Shown: piece by piece, positions 1-11,312 of the stretch
How the letters are laid out: every line of letters begins with the position of its first letter
Position numbering within the stretch: the first letter of the stretch is position 1
Assembly (NCBI GenBank): GCA_003210285.1
Contig: QCVS01000001.1
Span: forward strand, 41,521-105,520
Direction of reading: 5' to 3'
From: Prochlorococcus sp. AG-686-J21
GTDB lineage: Bacteria; Cyanobacteriota; Cyanobacteriia; PCC-6307; Cyanobiaceae
DNA: 64,000 nucleotides
Notes under the pieces: generated by a model
Told to the model about the DNA's origin: nothing
The model's database searches: none
What the model saw: the letters and a program-made list of their open reading frames with translations, nothing else
Translations under genes and position numbers: made by a program

Positions 1-347
1 ATAAAATTTAAATCTTTAGTAGTATCTTCATCAGTAATAATTGGGAAAGATAAAACATCAGTTGACCCAGATTTATTCATCCACTTTTGATTAATGGAAG
101 AAATTTCATTATCATTAATAATCTGCAAACTTAACGAAAAACTTTTTTTGTCTAAAATAAAATTTGGAAAAGAAGTATCTTTTTCATCTAGAATTATTTT
201 AATCCAACATAATAATACTTCTTCCCAAAAACCAGATTCAAAAATAAGATTATCTGGCTTATTTATAAAATGATTTGATAAATTAGAAAAATCATTACAT
301 TTAAAAACTAAATCTATTTGTAAGTCATATAAATCTTTTTGATACAT
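1..347 (-). CDS. ybeY: rRNA maturation endoribonuclease YbeY, 5' part (runs off the window start)
   Basis: Not in the ORF track. Manual translation from ATG at 347: MYQKDLYDLQIDLVF...SLSLQIINDNEISSINQKWMNKSGSTDVLSFP; the TDVLSF motif is the YbeY hallmark. Confidence 0.85.
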   Translation of the reverse strand, partial: MYQKDLYDLQIDLVFKCNDFSNLSNHFINKPDNLIFESGFWEEVLLCWIKIILDEKDTSFPNFILDKKSFSLSLQIINDNEISSINQKWMNKSGSTDVLSFPIITDEDTTKDLNF

Positions 348-354
348 ACTTTCA

Positions 355-537
355 TTAAACAGGCATATTAGGCTTTCCTAAAGTAGCTATTAAAATTAAA
401 AGTCCGATCAGAATTAAAAAAGTAATTGAAAAATGAGAAATACTTTTAGAACCCTTCCTAACCATATTTCTCATAGCTAGTTTTATAAAGCTAGGAGGAG
501 AAACTTTTTTTTCTGAATTTTCGTTTTTATTTGCCAT
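355..537 (-). CDS. Small conserved cyanobacterial membrane protein (DUF3285-like)
   Basis: PPSFIKLAMRNMVRKG followed by a hydrophobic helix; lies between prfB and ybeY. Confidence 0.75.
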   Translation of the reverse strand: MANKNENSEKKVSPPSFIKLAMRNMVRKGSKSISHFSITFLILIGLLILIATLGKPNMPV

Positions 538-541
538 AAAT

Positions 542-1664
542 TTATTGAATAGACTCTTTAGAAGAAATATTCATACGTAATAATTCATGAATAAATTGAT
601 CTAATCCACCATTAAGAACTGCATCTAAATCATTAGTCTCTTTCATTGTTCTTAAATCTTTGACCATTTGATAGGGATGAAAAACATAATTTCTAATTTG
701 ATTACCCCATGCAGCTTCAACAATATCACCTTTAATATCCGATATTTCAGAAGCTCTTTGTTCTTTAGCTATTACTAATAATTTAGCTTTAAGCAATAAC
801 ATTGCTTTCTCCTTATTTTGTAACTGAGATCTCTCTTGAGTACATCTTACAGCTATTCCTGAAGGCAAATGTACAATCCTTACTGCTGTTTCTACTTTAT
901 TAACGTTTTGTCCTCCAGCTCCGCCTGATCTACTAGTTGTAATTTCTAAATCTTTATCAGGAATATCTAATGAAATACTTTGATCTAATTTAGGCATGAC
1001 CTCAACTCCAGCGAAACTAGTTTGTCTTTTACCATTTGCATTAAATGGTGAGATTCTTACTAATCTATGAGTACCTTTTTCATTTTGAAGATAACCATAA
1101 GCATATTTACCATTAACTTCAAAAGTAACGCTTTTAATACCTGCTTCTTCTCCATCAGATAAATCAGTAATTTCTAAGCTCATTCCATTATTATCTGCCC
1201 ATCTTGAATACATTCTTAATAGAATTTCCACCCAATCTTGTGCATCAGTGCCACCCGCACCAGCATTAATAGAGACGATAGCAGCTTCTTTATCATATTC
1301 ACCACATAATAATCTTTGGAATTCCCACTTATCTAAATTCTCTCTTAAAGTGACTAACCCTTGATGTGACTCTATAATCATTGCTTCTTCAGGCTCTAAG
1401 GAATAAAGCTCAAGAGAAGCTTCAGCATCAGAAATGAACATTTTCCATTTATCTAACAATTGAAGTTGATCTCTAACATCATCAAGGTTGAGCATATGTT
1501 TTTTTGCATCTGCCTGATTAACCCAGAATTCTGGTTGAGCAGCAATTTGCTCTAACTCTTTTTTCTTAGCTACTAAATTGGGGACGTCAAAGACAATCCT
1601 GAGCATTACCCAGGCGCTTGGTTAACTCTGAAAGATCTTTTTTAAATTCTGTTATATCTATCAA
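542..1664 (-). CDS. prfB: Peptide chain release factor 2, translated via a programmed +1 frameshift
   Basis: GGQ motif ([17 protein letters not shown]) and SPF anticodon-mimic motif. A 25-codon first frame from TTG at 1664 ([25 protein letters not shown]) ends at CTT TGA C; the +1 frame continues DVPNL. Confidence 0.95.
1586..1601 (-). promoter_or_regulatory. prfB +1 ribosomal frameshift site (CAGGAT TGT CTT TGA C)
   Basis: Canonical CTT-TGA-C slippery/stop site (TGA at 1589-1587) with an SD-like AGGA upstream. Confidence 0.9.
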
Positions 1665-1740
1665 AATAGAATTTAATTGTTATTTATAATCTAACAAGCA
1701 CTTTTATTTAATAGTATAAAGTAAATAATATTTTAAAAAA

Positions 1741-1995
1741 ATGTCTAAAGTTGAAATTTATACTTGGCGATTTTGCCCATTCTGCATACGTGCGAAATCT
1801 TTACTTGAAAAAAAAAATATAACTTTTACTGAACATAAAATAGATGGCGATGATAATGCAAGGGAAATCATGATGGAGAGAGCTAATGGTAAAAGAACAG
1901 TTCCTCAAATTTTCATTGATGACAAAAGTATTGGTGGTTGTGACGAACTTTATGAATTAGAAAAAGAGGACAAACTGGACTTATTACTAGATTAG
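1741..1995 (+). CDS. grxC: Glutaredoxin 3
   Basis: CPFC active site, TVPQIF and GGCD motifs. Confidence 0.95.
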   Translation: MSKVEIYTWRFCPFCIRAKSLLEKKNITFTEHKIDGDDNAREIMMERANGKRTVPQIFIDDKSIGGCDELYELEKEDKLDLLLD

Positions 1996-2000
1996 ATAAT

Positions 2001-2924
2001 ATGAAATTTCTATTTGTAGTAGACCCAATAAAAAATATAAATCCATTAAAAGATTCATCTGCAGCATTAATGCAAGCTTCTTCTAAGAAAAAGATAGAAG
2101 TATGGACTTGTACTCCTCAAGATCTAGAGGCAAGAGGAGATGAAGTATGGGCTTCTTCTTGGAGAGCTGAAGTTTGTCCATGGGTTTCGTTTAAAGAAAA
2201 TAAATGTATCCCTCTTGCTGAATTTAATTGTATTTGGATGAGAAAAGATCCCCCAGTAAATGAGGGATATTTATATGCAACTCATCTTTTGGAAGTGGCC
2301 GAAAGAAAAGGAGTAAAAGTTATAAATAAGCCTTCCTCATTACGTGCTTGGAACGAAAAATTAGGCGCGTTGAGGTACAGCCATTTGATGGCTCCAACAA
2401 TAGTTGCAAGTAAAGTAAAAGATCTTATTAATTTTGCACAAATTAATCATGATGTTGTTGTTAAACCACTTGGCGGAAAAGGAGGACAAGGCGTTATTCG
2501 TCTAACTAAGGATTCTCCAGGTATTAAAGCAATGATTGAATTAATAACATCGCAAGAACAATTACCAGTAATGATGCAAAAATTCATTCCCGAAGTAAAA
2601 GAAGGGGATAAAAGAATAATTATTGTTAACGGTGAGCCAATTGGATCAATAAATAGAATTCCTCAAGGGGGAGACTTTAGGAGTAATTTAGCTATGGGAG
2701 GTAAAGCAGAAAAAACAACCCTTACAGCTAAAGAAAAAAAGATTTGTAGTGAGTTATCTCAACATTTCAAAGATGAAGGTTTATTTTTTGTTGGTATAGA
2801 TGTAATAAATGAAATGCTTAGTGAAATTAATGTAACAAGTCCAACAGGATTAAGAGAGATAGAAACTTTATCTAACAAAAGTGTTTCGGATCAAGTAATT
2901 GAAAAATTATTAGAAATTATTTAG
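2001..2924 (+). CDS. gshB: Glutathione synthetase
   Basis: ATP-grasp motifs: [39 protein letters not shown]. Confidence 0.95.
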   Translation: MKFLFVVDPIKNINPLKDSSAALMQASSKKKIEVWTCTPQDLEARGDEVWASSWRAEVCPWVSFKENKCIPLAEFNCIWMRKDPPVNEGYLYATHLLEVAERKGVKVINKPSSLRAWNEKLGALRYSHLMAPTIVASKVKDLINFAQINHDVVVKPLGGKGGQGVIRLTKDSPGIKAMIELITSQEQLPVMMQKFIPEVKEGDKRIIIVNGEPIGSINRIPQGGDFRSNLAMGGKAEKTTLTAKEKKICSELSQHFKDEGLFFVGIDVINEMLSEINVTSPTGLREIETLSNKSVSDQVIEKLLEII

Positions 2925-4317
2925 TAGTTTTGGCAAGAAATATTTGCTTCACTAAAGATTTAAATTTAAGTTGAATCTCCTCAATTTCTTTTTTAGAGAT
3001 AGAACCTTTTACTAACCCTGAACCAGCGGTGAATTCTAGATTTTGATCAATATAACGTGCTCCTCTTATAGCTACTCTGAATTCTGAATTCCCTTCAGAA
3101 TCTACCCACCCTATTGGCGAAGCATAATTTCCTCTAGAAAATGATTCAAGTGTGTTTATCCAATTAATTGCTTCTATTTTAGGAGATCCACAGACTGCTG
3201 GAGATGGATGCAAAACTCTAAGCAAATCAAAAGGGCATATGTTATGAATCTTGGAATATACCAAAGTTTGTAAATGAGAAATATCTCCAAAAGAAGTTAC
3301 CTTTAACGAACTTTTTGTATAGTTATTAATCTTTAAAACATCCAAAGATTTAATTAAATACTCAAGTACATAATTATGCTCTTTTATATCCTTAGAGCTT
3401 TCCATAAGAGAATCCGGATCGAAATCACTTGATACTGTTCCAGCAATGGCTTCTAAAACCAGATCTGGCTTACTAAAAGAAAATAATTTTTCAGGCGATG
3501 CTCCAAATATAATATCTTCACTATTTCTCCTCCAAACATATCTGCAAGTATTTGGTTGGTTAGTTTTTAATTTTTTTAAAATATTTATTAGATTTAATTT
3601 ATTTTTAAATTCTATTTTGACTCTTGAAGCTAAAACTATCTTGTCAAGGCAACCTTCCTCTACTAATCTAATTCCCTTTTTTATTAATTGCTTCAGATTA
3701 TTATTTGATAATTCTAAAGAATTCAAAAAATAATTGATCGAAGGATAATTAAAACTATTTTTACTTTTTTGATTTTTTGAATTTAAGACCTGATCCCTTA
3801 TTGACCATAGTTCTTCAATTAACGTCCTCAAAGAAGATTTACCCTCTACATGTGCATTAATTCTTAACCAACAATTCTTTTTATTTTTAATAATCAATAT
3901 TTTAGGTAAAATGGCTTCTAAACCAGGAACGTCATACAAGCAATATTTTTTCTTTAGATTCTCTGAAAAAGAAAAAAAATAAATTATTTTTGAAAGCGCA
4001 GAGGTATTCGATTCATCAGTCAAATTTATTAGATTATTAAAGTTCTCATCGCTAAATTCTTTGGCTACTTTAAATTTTTTAGGCCCTTCTAAAGTTAGAT
4101 ATTTACATTTCTCAAGAGCTATATATGACATTTTATTATCCTCTTCCCAAAAAGAAGAAAAAGAATATTTATCAATAAAAAATTCATATACATCAAATAA
4201 ATCAACACAAGGTATCTCAATACAAATACTTACTAATCCGGAATTTACCCCTTTCTTATCGAAATTGGAAAAAACGCCTTTTAAAAAATCTGAAAAGTTT
4301 AAATTATTTTTCATCAC
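2917..4317 (-). CDS. menF: Isochorismate synthase
   Basis: Chorismate-binding domain: [47 protein letters not shown]; next to men genes. Confidence 0.9.
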   Translation of the reverse strand: MMKNNLNFSDFLKGVFSNFDKKGVNSGLVSICIEIPCVDLFDVYEFFIDKYSFSSFWEEDNKMSYIALEKCKYLTLEGPKKFKVAKEFSDENFNNLINLTDESNTSALSKIIYFFSFSENLKKKYCLYDVPGLEAILPKILIIKNKKNCWLRINAHVEGKSSLRTLIEELWSIRDQVLNSKNQKSKNSFNYPSINYFLNSLELSNNNLKQLIKKGIRLVEEGCLDKIVLASRVKIEFKNKLNLINILKKLKTNQPNTCRYVWRRNSEDIIFGASPEKLFSFSKPDLVLEAIAGTVSSDFDPDSLMESSKDIKEHNYVLEYLIKSLDVLKINNYTKSSLKVTSFGDISHLQTLVYSKIHNICPFDLLRVLHPSPAVCGSPKIEAINWINTLESFSRGNYASPIGWVDSEGNSEFRVAIRGARYIDQNLEFTAGSGLVKGSISKKEIEEIQLKFKSLVKQIFLAKTTK

Positions 4318-4415
4318 TTATTGAAAATAACTAAAAATCATGCATTAAAGTAAAAAATGTAACTCAATTTATAAACTATATTTAATAATTATAGTTTTTC
4401 TTAACTGCATTAATA

Positions 4416-5333
4416 ATGAATGAAAGAAATAAAAGTTTATGGAAACAAGCAATAAAATGGCCTCTTTATTCAGTAGCAATTTTACCAGTTTTTATTTCAG
4501 GAGCTTATACCCTCAACTCTTTCAAAAATGTCAAAATATATAATTTAATTGCATTCACAATCGCTGCAATATTAATACTAATTTGGGAAAATCTAACTAA
4601 TGATTTATTTGATTCAGAAACAGGAATTGATGAATTTAAATTTCATTCCATTGTAAATCTTGTGCGAAGTAAAACAATAGTTTCAATTACCGCTTATACA
4701 TCTCTATTAATTGGATTATTAGTAATTGCCATTATTTCAATTTCGACGAGCATAAATGTAATGCTATTAGTCGGCACTTGCTGCTTCTTAGGATATTTAT
4801 ATCAAGGACCGCCTTTCCGTTTGGGTTACCAGGGTTTAGGAGAACCATTATGTTGGTTAGCTTTTGGCCCCTTTGCTTACGCCGCTGCATTAATTGCATT
4901 AAATCCATCAGATATATACATGATTTCTATTCCTTGGAAAGAGTCATTATTACTTGGTTCAGGATCCTCATTGGCAACCACACTAGTACTATTTTGCTCT
5001 CATTTTCATCAGATAAAAGAAGATAAAGAACATGGTAAAAATTCACCTTTAGTTCGTTTAGGAGCGAAAAAAGGAGCTAAAATTATTCCTTGGATAGTTG
5101 TTATAATTTATTTTTTCCAACTTTTTTTAATAATTAATGGATTTATTCCGATACTTTGTGTTCTGTTTCTTATAAGTTTTCCTCAATCATTAAAGCTTAT
5201 AACTTTGTTGAAATATTCATATAACAAACCTGAAGCAATAAAAAATTGTAAATTTATTGCTATCAAATTCCAAACGCTAAATGGAATTGGATTAATAGCA
5301 GGATTTATCATAGATTACTTGATTTATAAATGA
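4416..5333 (+). CDS. menA: 1,4-dihydroxy-2-naphthoate phytyltransferase (UbiA family)
   Basis: NLTNDLFDSETGID, YQGPPFRLGYQGLGE, EDKEHGK motifs; multiple TM helices. Confidence 0.92.
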   Translation: MNERNKSLWKQAIKWPLYSVAILPVFISGAYTLNSFKNVKIYNLIAFTIAAILILIWENLTNDLFDSETGIDEFKFHSIVNLVRSKTIVSITAYTSLLIGLLVIAIISISTSINVMLLVGTCCFLGYLYQGPPFRLGYQGLGEPLCWLAFGPFAYAAALIALNPSDIYMISIPWKESLLLGSGSSLATTLVLFCSHFHQIKEDKEHGKNSPLVRLGAKKGAKIIPWIVVIIYFFQLFLIINGFIPILCVLFLISFPQSLKLITLLKYSYNKPEAIKNCKFIAIKFQTLNGIGLIAGFIIDYLIYK

Positions 5334-6295
5334 ACTTAACTTTTAAAAAAAAATCTTTTTTCTTTAAATTATCTTCGAAAGTGGATAATTCAAATACAAC
5401 ATATAACTATAAATCTGGGTGGATAATTAAATTAAAAAATATGGAAAAGGGAGTTGGTTTTGGAGAAGTAAATCCACTAAGAAAACAAGATTTAGATGTA
5501 TGTAAAATACAATTAAATCAGATTCCCAAATACGTAAATTCAAAAAATATATCTGAGTTAATAAAAAATTTTCACCCGTGCATTCAATCAGCAATAAACT
5601 CTGCATTAGCTGAAATTGAAAGAAAAATAAATTTTCAGGAAAATTATTACTTTAATGAAATTGATCAAACAGCTATCCTTTTAGATCCTCATAACGCTAT
5701 TAAAGAATTAATAATCTTAAAAGGTAATAAACTTTTGAATGAGAAATCACTCACCATTAAATGGAAAGTAGGCATACAAGATAATTTCTCCGAAGAAAAA
5801 ACTCTAATAGAGATACTAAATCATTTAAAAAGTAATATAAAATTAAGAATAGATGCGAATGGTTCTTGGGAAAGAGAAATAGCTAATAGATGGGTTGATA
5901 TTTTGAAAGATATTGAAAATATAGATTGGCTAGAACAGCCTCTTTCTAAAGATGATATAGAGGGTTTAAAAGAACTTAATAAAAAGATGCCAATTGCTTT
6001 AGATGAATCACTATTAAAATATCCATATTTGATTAATGAATGGGAAGGTTGGCAAATTCGCAGACCTTCTCAAGAAAGAAATCCTATGCATCTTTTAAAA
6101 GAGTTAAAAGAAAAAAAAGGTTTTAGATCCTTAAGCACTTCTTTCGAGACAGGAATAGGCAGAAGATGGCTTTTTCATTTATCCTCTATACAGCTATTGG
6201 GACTAACTCCAAAAGTTCCTGGATTGGCTTTAAAAAAAAATCCTAATTCTTTTCTTTTCCTAAATGATGCTCAAAAGATATGGGATCAATTATGA
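5330..6295 (+). CDS. menC: o-succinylbenzoate synthase
   Basis: Enolase superfamily: KWKVG, LRIDANG, WLEQP, IALDES; ATGA overlap with menA. Confidence 0.88.
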   Translation: MNLTFKKKSFFFKLSSKVDNSNTTYNYKSGWIIKLKNMEKGVGFGEVNPLRKQDLDVCKIQLNQIPKYVNSKNISELIKNFHPCIQSAINSALAEIERKINFQENYYFNEIDQTAILLDPHNAIKELIILKGNKLLNEKSLTIKWKVGIQDNFSEEKTLIEILNHLKSNIKLRIDANGSWEREIANRWVDILKDIENIDWLEQPLSKDDIEGLKELNKKMPIALDESLLKYPYLINEWEGWQIRRPSQERNPMHLLKELKEKKGFRSLSTSFETGIGRRWLFHLSSIQLLGLTPKVPGLALKKNPNSFLFLNDAQKIWDQL

Positions 6296-7497
6296 AAAAT
6301 AAAATTCATATTATTGAAGTTGAAAATAATGAAAAAGAATCTATAAAAAAAATTCTTGAAAATATAAACGATAAAAAAATAACCTATATAAAAAATAAAT
6401 CTTATAAAACTGAAGAAATATTAGAGACTATAGATATAACTGGACCTGCAATTATCTTAAATAGTAGTGGCAGTAGTGGAAAGCCTAGAAAATGCATACA
6501 TAGTTTAGAAAATCTTAATTCGTCTGCTAAGGCATCTGGAATTTGGCTTGAAAAGCAAGGATTTAAATTACAAAACTGTTTGATTTTTAATACTTTACCT
6601 TTGAATCATATCAGTGGATTAATGCCACTATTTAGAAGCAAAATATGGAGTTGTGAGCATATCAATATTTCTCCTAAATTAATTAAAAAAACCAAGGAAT
6701 TATTAGTCTTTACTAATGAGATAAAAAAAGAAAATCAACACCTGATAACATCATTAGTTCCAACACAATTAAAAAGACTTTTATCTGAAAAAGATGGGAT
6801 TAATTGGTTAAAGATTTTTGATTTAATTTGGATTGGTGGTGCATCTATATCTAGTGAAACTTCTCGCAAGTGCAGACTAGAAAAAATAAATTTAGCACCC
6901 TGTTACGGATCAACTGAAACTGCTGCCATGGTTACAAGCCTAAAACCTAAGGAATTTTTAGAAGGGATTGATAATGTTGGAGAAATACTATGTGATATAA
7001 ATTTAAAAATTAGTAAAAAGGGTTTAATCCAAATCAAATCAGAAAGAATAGGAATTGAATTGCTTAAAGCTTCTAAAACTAAAAATTTCAAAGATAAAAA
7101 TGGTTGGTGGGAAAGCAGTGATTTGGGAGAAATCCAAGAATTGAATGATTCTTCTTATTTAAAATTTATTAGAAGAATAGATAATGCTTTTAATTCTGGA
7201 GGTGAAATAGTTTTTCCAGAAGTAATTAAATTACGATTAAGTAAATTTATCTCAAATGAAAAAATTCCAATAGAAAATTTTAAGATTTTGAATATACCTA
7301 ACAAAGAATGGGGAAATAAATTTGAAATCAACATTGATTTTAAAAAACAAACTTCTAAAACAGATATTGAATATTCATTAAAAATATTAAAAAACTTTTC
7401 TAAAAATTGGCCAAAACATGAGAGACCTGAAGCTTGGATTATTGGTAAAAATCAATCAAATTACATTAAAAAATATAATTTCATATTTGAAAAATAG
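6292..7497 (+). CDS. menE: o-succinylbenzoate-CoA ligase
   Basis: AMP-binding SSGSSGKPR, PCYGSTET, SDLG, RRIDNAFNSGGE; ATGA overlap with the menC stop favours a start at 6292. Confidence 0.88.
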   Translation: MKNKIHIIEVENNEKESIKKILENINDKKITYIKNKSYKTEEILETIDITGPAIILNSSGSSGKPRKCIHSLENLNSSAKASGIWLEKQGFKLQNCLIFNTLPLNHISGLMPLFRSKIWSCEHINISPKLIKKTKELLVFTNEIKKENQHLITSLVPTQLKRLLSEKDGINWLKIFDLIWIGGASISSETSRKCRLEKINLAPCYGSTETAAMVTSLKPKEFLEGIDNVGEILCDINLKISKKGLIQIKSERIGIELLKASKTKNFKDKNGWWESSDLGEIQELNDSSYLKFIRRIDNAFNSGGEIVFPEVIKLRLSKFISNEKIPIENFKILNIPNKEWGNKFEINIDFKKQTSKTDIEYSLKILKNFSKNWPKHERPEAWIIGKNQSNYIKKYNFIFEK

Positions 7498-7510
7498 TAA
7501 CTCATGATAA

Positions 7511-7963
7511 TTAACACTCTTTTAAATTCGTATTTATATTGGAAGCCTCTATCCACCTCTCCAGTAGATCAGGTAATTTAACTTTCAATTTTGAATCAAC
7601 ATCTAAAGAACAATGGATAATTTTTCCTTCAGCGACATTAGTTTCATCCTTTAAAAAAAATGTATTTACTTGAAATAAGTGATTGTTAATTTTTTTAGGG
7701 GATATCTTAATTGAAAGTAAATCGCCAATCTTAATAGGTGATAAAAAATTGGCTTCGCAATTAACTATGGGAAATATAATTTGATTTTTATGGGAATTAG
7801 CATCCGGAAAAATATCCTGGTGAGGAATACCATATATATCTATACTTTCTTCCCAACTTTCATGAGCCCATCTTAAAAGGTTGTGAAAATGTATCACTCC
7901 TGCAGAGTCACAATCACCAAACCTTACTTTCCTTTTTAAAATCAACCAATTTTTAGGTTTCAT
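7511..7963 (-). CDS. 1,4-dihydroxy-2-naphthoyl-CoA thioesterase (hotdog fold)
   Basis: [14 protein letters not shown] 4HBT-type motif; adjacent to the men cluster. Confidence 0.85.
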   Translation of the reverse strand: MKPKNWLILKRKVRFGDCDSAGVIHFHNLLRWAHESWEESIDIYGIPHQDIFPDANSHKNQIIFPIVNCEANFLSPIKIGDLLSIKISPKKINNHLFQVNTFFLKDETNVAEGKIIHCSLDVDSKLKVKLPDLLERWIEASNINTNLKEC

Positions 7964-7971
7964 TAAAAGGT

Positions 7972-9159
7972 TTACCTGTCTACAGAACCCATAATGACGT
8001 CTATTGAACCAAGGATTGCCATAATATCAGCTATCTTTGCTCCCTTTAGAATATGAGGCAATATTTGAAGATTATTTAAATCAGCAGCTCTAATTTTAAA
8101 TCTCCATGGTGTAACTTCATTATTTCCTTGAATAAAAACTCCGATTTCACCTTTCCCAGATTCTAATCTTGTATATAATTCTCCATTAGGAATCTTAAAA
8201 GTTGGCGCAACTTTCTTAGCTACATATTGATAATCCATCCCAAATATTTCACTTTTTTTGTCCTCTGTAGCCATACGTTTAGCTTCTAAATTTTCTGTTG
8301 GACCTCCAGGAATCATTTCGCAAGCTTGACGGATAATTTTTAATGATTGTCTCATTTCTTGAACTCTTACTCGATATCTGGCATAACAATCACCTTCTTT
8401 TTCTGAAGCAATTTCCCATTCAAAATCGTCATAACATTCATAACTATCAACTTTTCTCAAATCCCAAGAGACTCCAGAGGCCCTAAGCATTGGTCCAGAA
8501 AGTGACCAATTAATTGCTTGATCTCTCTCTATAGTTCCAAGACCTTCAATGCGTTTTTTGAATATAGGATTATTTGTTATTAGTTTTTCATATTCATCAA
8601 TCTTTGGAGCAAACCAATCACAAAAATCAATGCATTTTTCTAACCATCCATAAGGCAAATCACAAGCCACACCTCCTATTCTAAAAAAATTATTATTTAT
8701 CAATCTTTGTCCAGTAGCAGCTTCCCAAAGGTCATAAATCATTTCTCTTTCTCTAAAGATATAAAAGAATGGAGTTTGAGCTCCTACATCTGCTAGAAAT
8801 GGACCTAGCCATAAAAGATGATTTGCAATTCTATTAAGCTCTAACATTAGAACTCTTATATAACTGGCCCTTTTGGGTACAACAATATTCGCCAATCTTT
8901 CTGGTGCATTTACTACAATAGCTTCATAAAACATTCCGGCTGCATAATCCATTCTGCTTACATAAGGTACATACATAACGTTTGTCCTGTTTTCAGCTAT
9001 CTTTTCCATCCCTCTATGCAAATATCCGATTACGGGCTCACAATCTATTACATTCTCGCCATCAAGGGTTACAACTAACCTCAAAACTCCATGCATAGAT
9101 GGATGATGAGGGCCAAAGTTGACCACCATCGGTTCTGTTCTAGTCTCTAGTTGAGCCAT
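7972..9159 (-). CDS. ndhH: NDH-1 subunit H
   Basis: [25 protein letters not shown]-terminal DVIMGSVDR. Confidence 0.97.
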   Translation of the reverse strand: MAQLETRTEPMVVNFGPHHPSMHGVLRLVVTLDGENVIDCEPVIGYLHRGMEKIAENRTNVMYVPYVSRMDYAAGMFYEAIVVNAPERLANIVVPKRASYIRVLMLELNRIANHLLWLGPFLADVGAQTPFFYIFREREMIYDLWEAATGQRLINNNFFRIGGVACDLPYGWLEKCIDFCDWFAPKIDEYEKLITNNPIFKKRIEGLGTIERDQAINWSLSGPMLRASGVSWDLRKVDSYECYDDFEWEIASEKEGDCYARYRVRVQEMRQSLKIIRQACEMIPGGPTENLEAKRMATEDKKSEIFGMDYQYVAKKVAPTFKIPNGELYTRLESGKGEIGVFIQGNNEVTPWRFKIRAADLNNLQILPHILKGAKIADIMAILGSIDVIMGSVDR

Positions 9160-9197
9160 TAATAATTTAACCTCTATTTAAATCTTAGTAGAAAGTT

Positions 9198-10100
9198 ATG
9201 CAAACTGACCTTTCTGATTCATCTTTATTCAATCATAAGTCAGTAATGACAGATGAAATTTTAGTTTCTGTCGATCAATATCCATTAATATCAGACAATA
9301 AACTAATTGGGATAGATGCAACTTTAGGTGGTGGTGGACACTCATATCAATTATTAAAAAAATATCCTGATTTAAAAATAATTGGACTAGATCACGATCC
9401 ATTCGCAAGGAAGTCAGCATTTAGTAGGCTTGAAGAATTTAAATCGAGGATTGAAATACTTCCCTCAAATTTTGCTAACTTTGAGCCAAAAGAAAAAGTT
9501 TCTTTTGTAATAGCAGATCTTGGAGTAAATAGTAATCAAATAGATAACCCACAAAGAGGATTTAGTTTTCAAAAAGATGGGCCTTTAGATATGCGAATGA
9601 ATCCTTTACTTGAGATGAATGCTGATAACTTAATTGAGACGTTAAGTGAAAAAGATCTGGCTGATTTAATTTTTAAATTTGGTGATGAAAGATTATCACG
9701 AAAGATTTCTAGGAGAATCAAAAAAGATTTAAAAGAAAAAGGCAAATATTCGGGTACAAAAGATTTAGCCTATTCCATTGCTGGTTGTTTCCCTCCCAAA
9801 CAAAGATATCGAAGAATTCATCCTGCGACTAGAACATTCCAGGCACTAAGAATTGCTGTAAATAAAGAAATCGAAGCGCTAGAAAGATTTTTAGATATTT
9901 CTCCAGATTGGCTATTACCTGGGGGAATAATTTCAATTATTAGCTTTCATTCAATAGAAGATCGGCTGGTGAAAAATTCTTTTAAGGGTGATGAAAGATT
10001 AATAAATCTCACAAAAAAACCAATTACACCAAATGAAAAAGAAATTGAAAATAATAAAAGATCTCGAAGCGCAAAATTAAGAATTGCTCAATTAAAGTAA
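9198..10100 (+). CDS. rsmH: 16S rRNA m4C1402 methyltransferase
   Basis: HKSVM, DATLGGGGHS, DLGV, GPLDMRM, HPATRTFQALRIAVN, SFHSIEDR, RSRSAKLR. Confidence 0.96.
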   Translation: MQTDLSDSSLFNHKSVMTDEILVSVDQYPLISDNKLIGIDATLGGGGHSYQLLKKYPDLKIIGLDHDPFARKSAFSRLEEFKSRIEILPSNFANFEPKEKVSFVIADLGVNSNQIDNPQRGFSFQKDGPLDMRMNPLLEMNADNLIETLSEKDLADLIFKFGDERLSRKISRRIKKDLKEKGKYSGTKDLAYSIAGCFPPKQRYRRIHPATRTFQALRIAVNKEIEALERFLDISPDWLLPGGIISIISFHSIEDRLVKNSFKGDERLINLTKKPITPNEKEIENNKRSRSAKLRIAQLK

Positions 10101-10108
10101 TTAAGATC

Positions 10109-11257
10109 TCAGCGTAAAAATTTAATAGAATCTGTAATTATCTCAATTGATTGCTCTATATCTTCTGTAGTAGTCATCAAACCAATGCTTAATCTTAATG
10201 AAGCCTCTGCTTCTTTAAAAGATCTTCCTAGAGCGAGTAATACATGCGAAGGCTCACCATTACTACAAGCTGACCCGCTAGAACAGATTATTTTAGATTT
10301 CAAACTTTTATGCAATTTTGAACCGTTGACATCAAGTACTGTCAGATTCAAATTATGAGGTAATCTTTCTTTCATTGAACCATTTATTTCTACTCCAGAA
10401 TTATTTTCTAATAATCCCTTCAAAAGTTTATCTCTATGAAAAAGAAATTTCTGAATATTCTTTTTTTGATTTAAAACTGCTATCTCTATTGCTTTGGTAA
10501 AGCCTACTATTAAAGGTAATGGCAATGTTCCTGATCTTAAACCAAATTCTTGTCCTCCTCCTAACACTAAAGGTTGCAGTTCAATATCTCTATCAATCAA
10601 AAGTATTCCTACCCCTTTAGGACCATATATTTTATGAGAACTTATTGTTAACATGTTTGCTACTGAGTCAAGGCTATCTAACACCAGACAACCTAAACAT
10701 TGTGCATAATCAGAATGGAGAACTATATCCCTTGAACTGCATATTTCTGAAATTTTTTTTAAAGGCTGAATAACTCCTATTTCATTATTTGCCATCATTA
10801 TACTTACCAAAAATGTATCATCTCTTATACATTCAATAAATTTTTCCTCTGAAATTAAACCATCTTTTTCTGGACTCATTTCAGTAACATGAAATCCCTC
10901 TTTTTTTAATTGATCTAAAGGCTCTAATACAGCTTTATGTTCAGTTTTTAGAGTAATAATATGACCATACTTTTCTGTTCCCTTATGATAGTTTCTCGCA
11001 AAACCTAACAAAGCCAAATTATTAGATTCTGTTGCTCCGCTAGTAAAGATTACTTTCTTTTTTTTTAGGAATAAGTATTCTTGTATTTTTTCTCTTGAGA
11101 CTTCCAAAATGGCACTTGCATTAATACCAGCTAAATTTGATTTACTCGAAGGATTTGAAAATATTTCGATCCAATAGGGTGCCATAGACTTTACAACCTC
11201 CTCTAAACAAGGTGTTGAGGATTGATAATCTAGTAGTATGGAAGTTGAAAGCATCAT
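10109..11257 (-). CDS. iscS: Cysteine desulfurase, class I (IscS/NifS family)
   Basis: LDYQSSTP, FTSGATESNN, SSHKIYGPKG (PLP lysine), SSGSACS (catalytic Cys). Confidence 0.88.
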   Translation of the reverse strand: MMLSTSILLDYQSSTPCLEEVVKSMAPYWIEIFSNPSSKSNLAGINASAILEVSREKIQEYLFLKKKKVIFTSGATESNNLALLGFARNYHKGTEKYGHIITLKTEHKAVLEPLDQLKKEGFHVTEMSPEKDGLISEEKFIECIRDDTFLVSIMMANNEIGVIQPLKKISEICSSRDIVLHSDYAQCLGCLVLDSLDSVANMLTISSHKIYGPKGVGILLIDRDIELQPLVLGGGQEFGLRSGTLPLPLIVGFTKAIEIAVLNQKKNIQKFLFHRDKLLKGLLENNSGVEINGSMKERLPHNLNLTVLDVNGSKLHKSLKSKIICSSGSACSNGEPSHVLLALGRSFKEAEASLRLSIGLMTTTEDIEQSIEIITDSIKFLR

Positions 11258-11312
11258 ATTTAGTATATAAAATAATCATTAGGCTAAACAAAATTTAATT
11301 CAAAATAAAAAA

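Noticed and set aside
542-1606. prfB starting MLRIVF at 1606
   Set aside because: Artefact of the programmed frameshift; the real N-terminus is in another frame from 1664
4416-7963. men cluster lacking menB, menD and menH as a novel pathway
   Set aside because: Phylloquinone genes are commonly split across loci; absence from this window is uninformative
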